A DNA stretch of 64,000 nucleotides, taken from NCBI GenBank assembly GCA_042408965.1, contig JBHOQN010000026.1, forward strand, positions 1,662-65,661, written 5' to 3'. The notes beneath the pieces are model-generated. The model was not told where the DNA came from. It searched no databases and saw only the letters and a list, made by a program, of their open reading frames with translations. Both the position numbers and the translations under genes were made by a program. Shown here one piece after another: positions 1 to 9,713 of the stretch (position 1 is its first letter; every line of letters starts with the position of its first letter). This stretch comes from Ktedonobacteraceae bacterium (GTDB lineage: Bacteria; Chloroflexota; Ktedonobacteria; Ktedonobacterales; Ktedonobacteraceae).

Positions 1-71
1 AGGGGAGTGATAACCTCCAGATCAAAGCTGGCCTGTTCTCTGTTGTACGATGTCTGGATATCTTTCTCCAT
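1..71 (-). CDS. 5' end of a gene running off the window (MEKDIQTSYNREQASFDLEVITP...); possibly a RAMP/Cmr1-like CRISPR type III protein
   Basis: ATG at 71 (minus) preceded by AAGGAG; open to position 1. 'FDLEVITP' resembles the Cmr1/RAMP N-terminal strand (LE[TV][IV]TPLFxGG). Only 23 codons are visible. Confidence 0.4.
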   Translation of the reverse strand, partial: MEKDIQTSYNREQASFDLEVITP

Positions 72-315
72 CAGCGCTCCTTATGAGGGTCGATCCTGGG
101 ACGTTGAGCTGATTGGCATCGGAGATAGAAACAACGGCATCTCTTGCATTAGAGCTATTCCACCTGTCTATTCAGTCTTGAGCAGCATACAGGCATCACC
201 AGGATTCTATAGGGGGTAGTATACTCTCTTTCAATGAAGAATGACGGTGACATAGCAAAAAATACTGGCATGATTTGACGATGGAACGTAAGCTACTTGT
301 GTAACAGATAGAATC

Positions 316-340
316 AGCCGTTTTACACTGTAAAACGGCT
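316..340 (-). terminator. Perfect inverted repeat AGCCGTTTTACA-C-TGTAAAACGGCT just after the Na/Pi cotransporter stop; probable terminator
   Basis: 12-bp perfect arms, 11 nt downstream of the stop at 352. Confidence 0.6.
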
Positions 341-351
341 CTTCAATCGTG

Positions 352-1986
352 CTAGAAGTCGCCGCGGACTGCATGGGCGATGTTCGATGCATGCGACAGC
401 ACACGGCTAAGCGCGTTGAGCAGGTCGAGGTGGATGGCGCTGGACTCCCAGCTCGGCGGCAGGCCACTCTGGAGGCGGCGCAGGTGACGCAGATGCAATT
501 GACGCTTCATCGTACTCAGCTCTGCCTTGCGCACAAGGAAGTCGCCCGCCAGCGAGGCGTCCTGGGCGGCCAGCGCGGCCAGCGCCTGCTCCAGAGCAGC
601 AGTCACCTCATCATGGTAGCTCAGCAGATCCTGCCAGCCCTCCGCTGAGAAAGTTACCTGGCTGCGCTGTTTACGGCGTGCCAGGCGCATCATCTGCTTA
701 TCAATGATATCGCCGATGGCCTCCAGGTCGGTGATGATGTAGAGCAAGGCGATCTCGCGCTGGACCTGTTCACGAGTCAGCCTGTTTTCATCCAGTTGCG
801 TCAGATAGCGTTTGATGGCGGCATCCAGGCTATCGAGCTGATCATCGAGCTGTTCGAGGCGCTCAGGCACCTTGACCGCCTGGTTCTGGAAGGCCAGCAT
901 GCTCAGCCGCAGCATCTCCGTGACAATATCCGCCATGCGCAGCACTTCGCGCGTGGCCTGGCCCAGAGCGATCGCCGGCGATGCCAGCGCCTCTGGATCA
1001 AGATAGCGCACACCGGGCTGCTGGAGAGGCTGGCGCGCTGCCTCAGGCAGCAGCGCGCTCACCAGGCGGACAGCGGGTGTGGCCAGGGGAATGAAGAGAG
1101 CTGCCAGCGCCAGATTAAAGACCAGATGGGTGAGGGCCACTTGCCAGGCAGGTTCCATGTTGAGGTCGGCCAGGAGCGCAGCCAGCGGATGCAGCAGGGC
1201 CAGGGCGACCGTCGCCCCCAGCGACTTAGTCCCCGTGTGCAGCAAGGCCAGGCGACGCCCTGTGATCGAGGGCTGGCTGAGGGCCGTCAGCAGAGCGGTG
1301 AGCGTCGAGCCGATGTTAGCGCCAAAGAGCAACGCCAGGGCCGCCATCGGGGGCAGCGCCCCGTTCGCGGTCAAGGCCAGCTCCAGCCCGATGGCCGCGG
1401 CGCTCGAGGCAAAGACCAGCGCCAGCAACAGACCCAGCAACGCCAGTACCAGCGGCGCCTGACTGAGCGCGCGCAGTATCTCGGCCGTGATGGGGCTGCT
1501 CGCGATGGGAAGACTGCCAGCCTGCAGAGCCGTCAACCCCAGCAGAATGACACCGAAGCCGAAGGCGGCCTGGCCGGCATCCCGCTGCGGTCTACGGTGG
1601 GTCAGCAGCGCCAGCGCAGCCCCTCCGCCGGCGATCAGGATAGCGTAATCGGTGATGTGGAAAGCCAGCAACTGAACCACCAGCGTCGAGCCGACGTTGG
1701 TGCCCAGGACCATGATAAACGCCGTCGTCAGCGGTAGCAACTCGCCATTCACCAGCTCGACCAGCAGCGAGGAGGTCGTGCTGGAACTCTGGGTCAGGGC
1801 CGTCGCCAGCAGGCCCACGCCAAAGGCCAGAAAGGGGCGCCTGGCCAGGGCCAGTGTGGCCTGTTGCAAACGCGCTCCTGCCGCGCGCTGCATGGCGTCG
1901 GACATCAACCGTAATCCGTAGAGCAGCAAGAGGACCCCGCCAAAGAGCAGGCCCACGACCATTGTCGGATTGCTTGTCTGTGCCAT
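352..1986 (-). CDS. Na/Pi cotransporter family protein with C-terminal PhoU-like domains
   Basis: TQSSSTT and GTNVGST/GANIGST repeat motifs, many TM helices, PhoU-like helical C-terminus (ATREVLRMADIV, DLEAIGD). Start set at ATG 1986 after an AGGAG-containing RBS. Confidence 0.9.
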   Translation of the reverse strand: MAQTSNPTMVVGLLFGGVLLLLYGLRLMSDAMQRAAGARLQQATLALARRPFLAFGVGLLATALTQSSSTTSSLLVELVNGELLPLTTAFIMVLGTNVGSTLVVQLLAFHITDYAILIAGGGAALALLTHRRPQRDAGQAAFGFGVILLGLTALQAGSLPIASSPITAEILRALSQAPLVLALLGLLLALVFASSAAAIGLELALTANGALPPMAALALLFGANIGSTLTALLTALSQPSITGRRLALLHTGTKSLGATVALALLHPLAALLADLNMEPAWQVALTHLVFNLALAALFIPLATPAVRLVSALLPEAARQPLQQPGVRYLDPEALASPAIALGQATREVLRMADIVTEMLRLSMLAFQNQAVKVPERLEQLDDQLDSLDAAIKRYLTQLDENRLTREQVQREIALLYIITDLEAIGDIIDKQMMRLARRKQRSQVTFSAEGWQDLLSYHDEVTAALEQALAALAAQDASLAGDFLVRKAELSTMKRQLHLRHLRRLQSGLPPSWESSAIHLDLLNALSRVLSHASNIAHAVRGDF

Positions 1987-2079
1987 TGTCTGCCCGTGCT
2001 CCCTCCTTCTTCGCCTGAATCCTGCCCTGCGTGACCCGGATCTGGCCACAAACACCCACCCTGCCAGCAAAAAGCTGTC

Positions 2080-2121
2080 AGGTTAACGCTAAGTTAACAT
2101 AATATTAAGAGAATGTTAAAT
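2080..2121 (-). promoter_or_regulatory. Pho-box-like array of four direct repeats with 11-bp period
   Basis: TTAA cores at 2083, 2094, 2105 and 2116; minus strand reads TTTAACATTCT/CTTAATATTAT/GTTAACTTAGC/GTTAACCT; about 95 nt upstream of a phosphate transporter. Confidence 0.7.
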
Positions 2122-2307
2122 ACACTATAGCATGTCACGTTTCTGCTTGCAAGAGGAGGACATCCCTCCCCTGGCTTGACCGCGCTGTCAGATTGTTCGT
2201 TATAAGTGTCGGTGCTAGCAGAGGGGCTGCAAAGTGAGACGCTGGCGTCGCTCTAACTTTTTTTGTCACTGAAACAAGACTACTTGAAAATAAAAGAGCA
2301 AGATGGT

Positions 2308-3483
2308 ATGAAACGTGCACCGGCTCGTGATATTGTCTGGTTGTTCCTGCTCAGTCGCGTGGGACTGGTCGTCGTTACCTATTTCGCCTATACACTGCTC
2401 AACGGACCGCGCTACGCCGGACCCCCGGTCGACGTGATGCAGACGCTCACCTCCTGGCGGCGCTGGGATGTCGTCCACTATATGGAGATCGCGCGGTACG
2501 GCTATCGCAATATCTTTGATACGGCCTTTTTCCCGCTCTTTCCCCTCCTGATCGGGATCGTTGCCCATCTGGCGGGAAACCAGGGCTATCTGCTGATTGG
2601 GACGCTGATCAGTAATCTGGCGTTACTGGGCACACTCTTCACGCTCTATCTGCTGGCAGTAGAGGTCTCTGGCGAGCAGGTGGCGCGGCGCACTCTTCTC
2701 TACCTCTGCATCTTTCCAACAGCGCTCTTCTTTTTCGCCGCCTACAATGAGTCACTCTTTCTGTTGCTGGTGACCAGTGTCTTTCTGGCCCTGCGCCGCC
2801 ATCGCTGGTGGCTGGCCGGGCTGCTGGGCATGCTGGCGGCTCTAACGCGCTCGCCGGGACTCTTGCTGGTCGTTCCCTATCTATGGGAGCTCTGGCTGGC
2901 GCGCGCCGATCTCGGAGCTCCGACGGAACCCGGAGGTCCGCCCGTGGCTATTGCCTGGCGTTCCTTGATCTGGCGGGCCTTGCCGATTCTGCTGATCCCT
3001 CTGGGCACGGCCCTCTACAGCTACTACTGCTGGCGGCTGTTTGGCTCGCCGGTGACCTATGCGACCGTGCAGTATCGCTGGGCCCACAGCACCGTCTGGC
3101 CCTGGGCGGGCATCTGGAAAGCCCTGGTTGGTCTCTTCTGGGCTGAGCCACCGGGGTCGCTCTTCGAGGCGCACATTCTCCTTGACCTCAGCGCCACGCT
3201 GGGTTTCGTCGTCCTCGCCGTGCTCGGCTGGCGCCGCCTACCCATGAGCTTCAATCTCTGGATCGCCCTCTTGTTGCTCCTCTACCTTGTAGAGCCGAGC
3301 ATCAATCAGCCAGACCCACTGATCTCCAACCAGCGCTTTGTGCTGGAGATGTTCCCCGGTTTCATCACGCTGGCCGCGCTGGGCTGTCAGCATCCTCGTC
3401 TGCACCAGACGATTGTGCTGCTCTTCCCGCTGCTGCTGGCAACTCTCAGCATTCTCTTCCTGATGGGACGCTGGATGGTCTAA
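2308..3483 (+). CDS. GT-C superfamily mannosyltransferase (PIG-V/GT76-like)
   Basis: RWDVVHYMEIARYGY (WDxxxYxxIAxxGY), AFFPLFP, YNESLF and TRSPG motifs; polytopic membrane protein. Confidence 0.85.
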   Translation: MKRAPARDIVWLFLLSRVGLVVVTYFAYTLLNGPRYAGPPVDVMQTLTSWRRWDVVHYMEIARYGYRNIFDTAFFPLFPLLIGIVAHLAGNQGYLLIGTLISNLALLGTLFTLYLLAVEVSGEQVARRTLLYLCIFPTALFFFAAYNESLFLLLVTSVFLALRRHRWWLAGLLGMLAALTRSPGLLLVVPYLWELWLARADLGAPTEPGGPPVAIAWRSLIWRALPILLIPLGTALYSYYCWRLFGSPVTYATVQYRWAHSTVWPWAGIWKALVGLFWAEPPGSLFEAHILLDLSATLGFVVLAVLGWRRLPMSFNLWIALLLLLYLVEPSINQPDPLISNQRFVLEMFPGFITLAALGCQHPRLHQTIVLLFPLLLATLSILFLMGRWMV

Positions 3484-3584
3484 GGGGATCTGCTATCCCG
3501 GCAAGGAGAGGTTTTTCTACTGAGCCTCGCCTCTCTGCTTCTGCTGCTCAACGCTGTACCACGTCTGGAAGGAACACGTACTCT

Positions 3585-5321
3585 ATGGCTGAGAATCTGC
3601 TCACCAAGAACGGAGTCTCTCTCGCTCGTCGTCGTGCTGATGAGACAGGCCAGCCCCTGGGGAGGACGCTGGTGGCCTGTCTCCTCCTGCTTGCGCTCTA
3701 TCCGCTGGTCGTCGTGCTGTCCATTGGTCCTCTGGCCAGGCTGGCCCCTCATCCGGTCGCTGCACAGCTCCCGGGAAAGGCCCTGGCTGGCCTTGGCCCC
3801 TGGTTGGCGGACTGGCTTGTTACCAGTCTGGAGGCCGTATTACCCTTTCTGACGGCCGCCGATCTCGATTTTCACGTCCTCATACTGGGCCTCTTTCTGC
3901 TCTATGGCCTGCTGGCTCTGTTGCTCTGGCGCTGCACTCCGCATCTGTCCCGGCGGGTGCGTACGGTCCTGTGGTACGCGATCCTCGCGGTGACCCTGGT
4001 AAGTGGCGGAATCCTGGTCATGGCGCCGGCCATGCTCTCGCACGATATCTTTGTCTACGTAGGCTATGGACGTGTCATCGCGGTGCATCAGGCTAATCCC
4101 TACTTTGTTCCGCTCGCGGCCTTCCCGCAGGACCCCTTCTATCCTCTGGATGACTGGCGGGAGGCAGTGGCTGCCTATGGCCCGCTCTGGCTGGGCATCT
4201 GCAGCCTCTTCAGCGTCCTCCTGGGAACGCAGGCTGTGGCCTCCATCCTGGCCTTTCGTCTGCTGGCCCTGGCTGCTCATCTGGGCAATACGCTACTGGT
4301 GCGGGGTATCCTCCGAGCGGCCTCGCGCTCAGAGCGCGTCATTGCACTGGGAACCTTGCTGGTGGCGCTCAATCCGCTGATCCTGCTCGAAAGTGCTCTG
4401 GGGGCGCACAACGACACGGTGATGATGACCTTTGTTCTGCTGGGCCTCTGGTGGAGCCTGCGGGCCGATCGCGCCGGTCGCTACGGGCTCCGCGCCCATC
4501 TGCCAGCTCTGCTAGCTTTGACTCTGGCCATGCTCATCAAGTTTACTGCGCTGGTCATTCTCGGCCTTCTCATCGTCATGCTTGTCTTTCGCGTATTACG
4601 AGATTCGGGTCACGTGAATCTCGCCGATGCGGTGCGTGCTGCCTGGCGCCCAGCCCTGCGTCGGCTGCTGGCGTCTCTTGCCTGCTGTGGGCTGCTGGGA
4701 CTGCTGGCCTATCTCCCCTTCTGGCTGGGTCACGCTCCCCTGGAGATCATCGTCAGCCTGGTTGCACCGCCTTCGACCAGCAGAGGGCTGGGCCAGTTCT
4801 CCATTCTGCGAGCCATTCAGGAGTGGGCTTATTATCATCCCCACCCGGTCGAGAGCTGGAGCAATCTGCTGCTGCTTCTCCTGCAACAGCGGAGCGTCTG
4901 GAATGCCATTGATGTCTGTGTGCTGAGCATGACCCTGCTCGTTGCCCTCTGGAGGCTCTGGCAGCGGCCGGTTCTGGTCCGGCTCATCTCCGGTGGGTTG
5001 CTAGTGCTGGGAGGAATCCTCATAGTGACGCCCTGGTTTTTCCCCTGGTATCTGGTCTGGTTGCTGCCGCTGGCGGCCCTCTCTCTGCCGCAGCGCCCTG
5101 GGGGGCTGGAGTACGCCTTGCTGGGGAGCACCCTGATCTTCTCGCTGTCTGCTTTTGCCATCTATCTTTCGCGAGGCTATCCGCCGGTGGGAGGCGGCTG
5201 GATAGGCTGGATGGGCGTCAGTGCGGTGATGCCACCGCTGCTGGCCTTTGCGCTGCTCTGCTGGTTTTCCAGAGGAATAGGGGACGCACCGCACGTAGAG
5301 GGGGAGGCGAAAAGCGCTTGA
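3585..5321 (+). CDS. GT-C polyprenol-phosphomannose-dependent mannosyltransferase (MptA/MptB-like)
   Basis: SHDIFVYVGYGR, NPY, AYGPLW, LNPL, GAHND, IKF and PWY motifs typical of the MptA/B family. Confidence 0.8.
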   Translation: MAENLLTKNGVSLARRRADETGQPLGRTLVACLLLLALYPLVVVLSIGPLARLAPHPVAAQLPGKALAGLGPWLADWLVTSLEAVLPFLTAADLDFHVLILGLFLLYGLLALLLWRCTPHLSRRVRTVLWYAILAVTLVSGGILVMAPAMLSHDIFVYVGYGRVIAVHQANPYFVPLAAFPQDPFYPLDDWREAVAAYGPLWLGICSLFSVLLGTQAVASILAFRLLALAAHLGNTLLVRGILRAASRSERVIALGTLLVALNPLILLESALGAHNDTVMMTFVLLGLWWSLRADRAGRYGLRAHLPALLALTLAMLIKFTALVILGLLIVMLVFRVLRDSGHVNLADAVRAAWRPALRRLLASLACCGLLGLLAYLPFWLGHAPLEIIVSLVAPPSTSRGLGQFSILRAIQEWAYYHPHPVESWSNLLLLLLQQRSVWNAIDVCVLSMTLLVALWRLWQRPVLVRLISGGLLVLGGILIVTPWFFPWYLVWLLPLAALSLPQRPGGLEYALLGSTLIFSLSAFAIYLSRGYPPVGGGWIGWMGVSAVMPPLLAFALLCWFSRGIGDAPHVEGEAKSA

Positions 5322-5323
5322 GA

Positions 5324-5352
5324 TTGCGTTCTCTCCAGGGAGAGCGTATAAT
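5324..5352 (+). promoter_or_regulatory. sigma70/sigmaA-type promoter of dedA
   Basis: TTGCGT-17bp-TATAAT. Confidence 0.6.
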
Positions 5353-5406
5353 GGCCCAATATGCTGGTTGCTGCTGAGAAGGGCATGTACAGGATCGAGG
5401 GAATCG

Positions 5407-6354
5407 ATGGACTGGCTACCGCGTCTGCTGATCATGCTGGGGCGGCCGGCGCAGACGCTGGCTGCGCTCATCTCGTTGCAAACGCTCCAGGAGGCCTTGC
5501 ACATCTGGGGATACCCGGCCGTGACCCTCTTCGTGATGGTCGAAAGCTCGGGGATCCCCTTTCCGGGCGAGACGATGTTGCTGCTGGCCTCCTTTGCCGC
5601 TGCCATTGATCAGCGTTTGCAGATTCCTCTGGTGATCGCCTGTGCCGCGCTGGGGGCCATTCTTGGTGACAACATCGGCTACGCAGTCGGACGGCGTGGG
5701 GGCAGGCCGCTGGTCGAGCGCTTCGGACGCTACGTCTTGTTGAAACCCGAGCATCTCGATCGGGCTGAGCAGTTCTTCGCCAGACATGGTGATAAGACGG
5801 TCTTCTTCGGGCGCTTTATCGCCGTGTTGCGTGCCTGGGCCGCTTTTCTGGCCGGGGTTAATCGTATGCCCTGGCGCACGTTTCTTGTCTACAACGCGGC
5901 CGGCGGCATCGTCTGGGCAACGATCTTTGGCCTGCTCGGCTACTTCGCTGGCCGCGTCTTCCACGATAATTTCGCCCGGGTTGAGCAACTGGCGCGTACG
6001 ATCAGTTGGACGGGTGCGCTTCTGCTGGTGCTGGCCGTCGTGCTGGCCTTTGTGGTTTTTCGCCTACGACGTGCGCGCTTGATGCGCCGAAAGGCTCTGG
6101 AGGCGATACGCATCACCCGCCAGGAGACCTCTGTGGAGGGCGTTCCCGCTGTCCCGACTGTGCCGGCTGGAGGCCGCTCAGCAGACCAGGCGAAGGATGC
6201 TGATAGGCTGCAGTCAGAGGCAGAGTCCTTTCCGGCAGAAGTCCCGCCTGCTGGCTCTATAGCGGCTGACGAGAAGCCACCCGTTGCGGGCGAGGAGCGC
6301 GCTCCTCCTGGCGGTCAAACAGATGAGCGCCCGCTCCACGGCCCGGACGCCTGA
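5407..6354 (+). CDS. dedA: DedA family membrane protein with acidic/Pro-rich C-terminal tail
   Basis: ESSGIPFPGETMLL, GAILGDNIGYAVGR, FFGRFIAVLR and AGVNRMPWRTF motifs. Confidence 0.9.
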   Translation: MDWLPRLLIMLGRPAQTLAALISLQTLQEALHIWGYPAVTLFVMVESSGIPFPGETMLLLASFAAAIDQRLQIPLVIACAALGAILGDNIGYAVGRRGGRPLVERFGRYVLLKPEHLDRAEQFFARHGDKTVFFGRFIAVLRAWAAFLAGVNRMPWRTFLVYNAAGGIVWATIFGLLGYFAGRVFHDNFARVEQLARTISWTGALLLVLAVVLAFVVFRLRRARLMRRKALEAIRITRQETSVEGVPAVPTVPAGGRSADQAKDADRLQSEAESFPAEVPPAGSIAADEKPPVAGEERAPPGGQTDERPLHGPDA

Positions 6355-6672
6355 TCGGGTACGCCGTGGTGGAAGAGCCAGCGCGGCAGAGGGCTGGCGA
6401 CCGCTCTGTCCGCTTGCCGGCTCCGCAGGACGGCGGAGACGCCGCGCCGCCTCGCGCGGATTGCCTCTCGTTCCTCTGGGAGCCGTAGCGATGATCGCGG
6501 TCGCACCCTGAGGTGAGGGCGAGCGCTGTCCCGTTCGCTGCCTCCTGGGAAATCGGCCGCCGCAGCTTCTCTCCAGGGGCCGCGGTACTTCACTACTAGC
6601 GTTTTGCCGCCTGCCAGCATGACTGTGCTACAATAGCGACAGGAGCTACCTGGAGATAAAGCGAGGTTGCCT

Positions 6673-8808
6673 ATGCCGGCGTTGAGAGAAGGCCAGAAAT
6701 TTGAGCGTTATCGCATCATCAGATTGCTCGGTACAGGTGTAGCTGGCGAAAGCTACGAAGCTGAAGATACCGCTCTTCTCCGCAAAGTTGTCTTGAAGTT
6801 GCTGCATCCCTGGGCGCCTCTCTCAGACGCGGCGCGCCGCCAGTTCTTTCGCGAGATGCAGGGGATCGGCGCCCTGACCCATCGCTATCTGGCCCCCGTG
6901 CTCGATTATGGTGAGGTGCATGGCAATCTCTATGTTGCGCGCCGCTTTTTTAGCAGCGGCTCCCTCTTGAGCAGCGACGGCCGTCTCTGGTTCAGTCCCC
7001 CTCTGGAGCTGCATGCCGCCATCGCCTATGCTCATCAGCTTGCCCAGGCGCTGCAGCAGATTCACGAGTGCGGCTATCTGCATGGGGCGCTCGGCCTCTC
7101 CAATATCATGGTCCTGCGCGGTCCCAATATCGAGCAGGCGGCCGACTATGCACCCTTCATGCTGGCTGATGTCGGTCTGGCGCACTTTGTGCGTCGCTTT
7201 GGCCATTCGCGGAGCAGCGTGCTGCCTGTGACCGCTGCGCCCGAGCAGATTGGCGGGCGAGTCACTTCCGCCAGTGATCAGTTTGCACTGGCTGTGATTC
7301 TCTATGCCTGGATCAGTGGCCGACCTCCGTTTCTGGGGACGCCTGCCGAGGTGGAGCAGGCCAAGCTGAGCGAGTCGTTTCCCTCGTTGCTCTCGCTCAA
7401 GGCGCCCGCCTCGTTGGAGCAGGAGGGCATCATTCGCCGTGCGCTCTCTGTCTATCCAGAGGATCGCTATCCGTCAATTCTGGCCTTTGCCGATGCCCTG
7501 CTGGCGACCCTGCGTCGTCCCTCGGTCCCTGTGCCTCAAGAGGTAGAGATCGAGAGGCCGCCTGCCCGCGAGGAGCCTGGACCTGACGCCCCACCTCCTC
7601 AGGTGGCGGTCTCACCGGTGGAGGTCACAAAGAGGGAGGAGGAGATCGTCGAGGAGGGAGTGAGCGGAGAGGAGCAGGTTAAGACTGGAGAGGGCGTTGA
7701 GAGAGAGGAGGGAGCGAGCGTCCGTGAGGAGCTCGCCGAGCAGGGAGTGCCGGATGGAGACCACATCGTCGCGGGGGAGGAACCGCGAGCCGCGGAGCCG
7801 CCTCTGGTGGAGCTCCCCGAGGTAGAACTGGCAGGAACGCTGCCAGAAGGGGGAGAGGCGCAGCGCCAGGAGGAGCATTCCGCTGACATGGCTCTCTCTC
7901 TTGAGGCTGTGCTCCCGACTCCCACCGGCGGCGAGGAGCGCCTCCCGGCCGCCGATCCCGAAAGGAGCGTCTTGCCTGCTACGACCGTTGAAGCTGCACG
8001 TGCCAGCGTTTCCGATACTGATCACGCGCCTGTAGAGCAGGTGTCAGCCAGCCTCACCTATCTGGAGACCTTGCTGCGGACAACTACCCAGGTTGCTCCC
8101 GACCATGGAGCGCGTCATGAGCAGGCCGCTGCCTTGAGTGGCGATGGCTCCCTGGCCGGAGCATCCGCGTCGTGGGCTGCTGAATCGCATTCCCACTTCC
8201 AGGAGCGTACACGTGCAGGAGAGGCAGAAGAGACGGCGACGGTAGAGGGGTCTTCCCCTGAGTCCTCCTTGCTGCTGGAGGTTCTCTCTGCAGGCTCGCA
8301 GGTGCCGGCGATGGCCCCAGTGGTTGGCGAGCCGGTGCTCACTGTGGAGGCGTCGCTCCCCGCAGCTCCGTCGGAAGCGTCCTCCGCAGATCTGCCCGCA
8401 TCTGCTCAGCCCGTCCCGCTGGAGGCCAGCGTGCTGGTCATGCCGCCAGCCGGGCAGGAGCCGTACGTTGTCACTCTCGCTGCAACAGAGTTAAAGATCG
8501 GGCGGGCTGGGGATAGCGATCTCTTGCTCGAAGGCGATCGCCAGGTTTCACGGCGGCATGCCTATCTGAGGCGAGAGGGAGCGACCTTTCTCATTCAGGA
8601 TGGAGATAATGCCGATGGCGTCTTTGTGAATGGTGAGCGCCTGCCTGTGCGGAGCAGCCGTCTGTTGCAGGCTGGTGATCGTATTCGTATCGGTGCCTAT
8701 GAGCTGATCTTCCTCCTGGATACCGCCAGCAGCGTGCCTGCCACGGCATCCCTGGAGGCGCCGGCCGCCTCTGGCAATGTCTCTGAGGCGGCCTCATCGA
8801 CCTCCTGA
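6673..8808 (+). CDS. Hanks-type kinase-like domain (probable pseudokinase), low-complexity linker and C-terminal FHA domain
   Basis: GxGxxG (LGTGVAG), VVLK and APEQ present; HRD is HGA and DFG is DVG. FHA motifs IGR, VSRRHA and GVFVNG. Confidence 0.85.
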   Translation: MPALREGQKFERYRIIRLLGTGVAGESYEAEDTALLRKVVLKLLHPWAPLSDAARRQFFREMQGIGALTHRYLAPVLDYGEVHGNLYVARRFFSSGSLLSSDGRLWFSPPLELHAAIAYAHQLAQALQQIHECGYLHGALGLSNIMVLRGPNIEQAADYAPFMLADVGLAHFVRRFGHSRSSVLPVTAAPEQIGGRVTSASDQFALAVILYAWISGRPPFLGTPAEVEQAKLSESFPSLLSLKAPASLEQEGIIRRALSVYPEDRYPSILAFADALLATLRRPSVPVPQEVEIERPPAREEPGPDAPPPQVAVSPVEVTKREEEIVEEGVSGEEQVKTGEGVEREEGASVREELAEQGVPDGDHIVAGEEPRAAEPPLVELPEVELAGTLPEGGEAQRQEEHSADMALSLEAVLPTPTGGEERLPAADPERSVLPATTVEAARASVSDTDHAPVEQVSASLTYLETLLRTTTQVAPDHGARHEQAAALSGDGSLAGASASWAAESHSHFQERTRAGEAEETATVEGSSPESSLLLEVLSAGSQVPAMAPVVGEPVLTVEASLPAAPSEASSADLPASAQPVPLEASVLVMPPAGQEPYVVTLAATELKIGRAGDSDLLLEGDRQVSRRHAYLRREGATFLIQDGDNADGVFVNGERLPVRSSRLLQAGDRIRIGAYELIFLLDTASSVPATASLEAPAASGNVSEAASSTS

Positions 8809-9049
8809 GTGCTGCTCTGCGCTACCACCTGTTCACGTTCACGCGCGCTCGGAACCCGGTCACCTCTGTGCTCTGGCTGGACGGAGCCTCGCCGCTCCAC
8901 GCAGCGTGGTCCCCGGTCCACCTCTCCATGTCTGCCTGGTCTTGCCCTCTCGTACTGACCGGTCCGCCCTCCTCTTCCGTTCTGGTGCGGGCAGGCGAGG
9001 AGCGAACTTCCGGCTGGTGGTAAGATAAGGTCACCACAACAACATCCGT

Positions 9050-9559
9050 GTGGAGAGACAAGCTGTGTTATATCGTTTACTCAAGGCGCTGGCCAGTCTC
9101 TGTTTCAACGCCTTGAATCTGCTGCTCCTGGGGAATATGCCGCCCCTGGGAGCGGTCAATGTCGTTGTCGAAGAGCGTGGTCGTTTCCTCGTTGTGCGCA
9201 GCCCTGGAGGCACCTGGAGCCTGCCAGGAGGCTTTATGCGCTGGAAAGAGACACCTGCCGAGGCAGCGGTGCGCGAGTGTGAGGAAGAGACCGGATTGCA
9301 GATCAGGATACAGAGCGTGATTGGTTGTTACGGGAAGGTCAGCACCTCCCTGACTCGTATGAGTTCGCTGACGGCAGTGCTCTGTGGCGAGGTTGTGGGT
9401 GGCTCGCTGCGCTCCAGTATGGAAGGCCGACCCTACTGGGTGGAGAGAGACGAGGCCTTACGCTACCTGGGGGCCGAGACGCAGGCGATTTTCGACGATT
9501 ACGAGCGTTTTCTCGCCCGGACGTACAGGAAGCCATCTGTCGCCAGTGAGGGTGAATAG
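9050..9559 (+). CDS. NUDIX hydrolase
   Basis: Nudix box GGFMRWKETPAEAAVRECEEETGL. Confidence 0.9.
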   Translation: MERQAVLYRLLKALASLCFNALNLLLLGNMPPLGAVNVVVEERGRFLVVRSPGGTWSLPGGFMRWKETPAEAAVRECEEETGLQIRIQSVIGCYGKVSTSLTRMSSLTAVLCGEVVGGSLRSSMEGRPYWVERDEALRYLGAETQAIFDDYERFLARTYRKPSVASEGE

Positions 9560-9646
9560 AAGCGGGAGCTGCTGGAGAGGCAGGGCTGTACCGGAGCGCG
9601 AGCAATCCTGCACGAAGCTCTGGCGCTCCGCGCCTCTTTCTGCTGC

Positions 9647-9675
9647 TTGTCGTCGCTCTCCGGGCATGCTATACT
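9647..9675 (+). promoter_or_regulatory. sigmaA-type promoter of sua5
   Basis: TTGTCG-17bp-TATACT with extended -10 TG. Confidence 0.6.
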
Positions 9676-9713
9676 CCTCATCACGGTGAGAGAACCGGGC
9701 CAGAGGAGTGAAG

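Noticed and set aside
7610-7760. Purine-rich GAG/GGA repetitive tract
   Set aside because: It simply encodes the Glu/Gly-rich linker of the kinase-FHA protein
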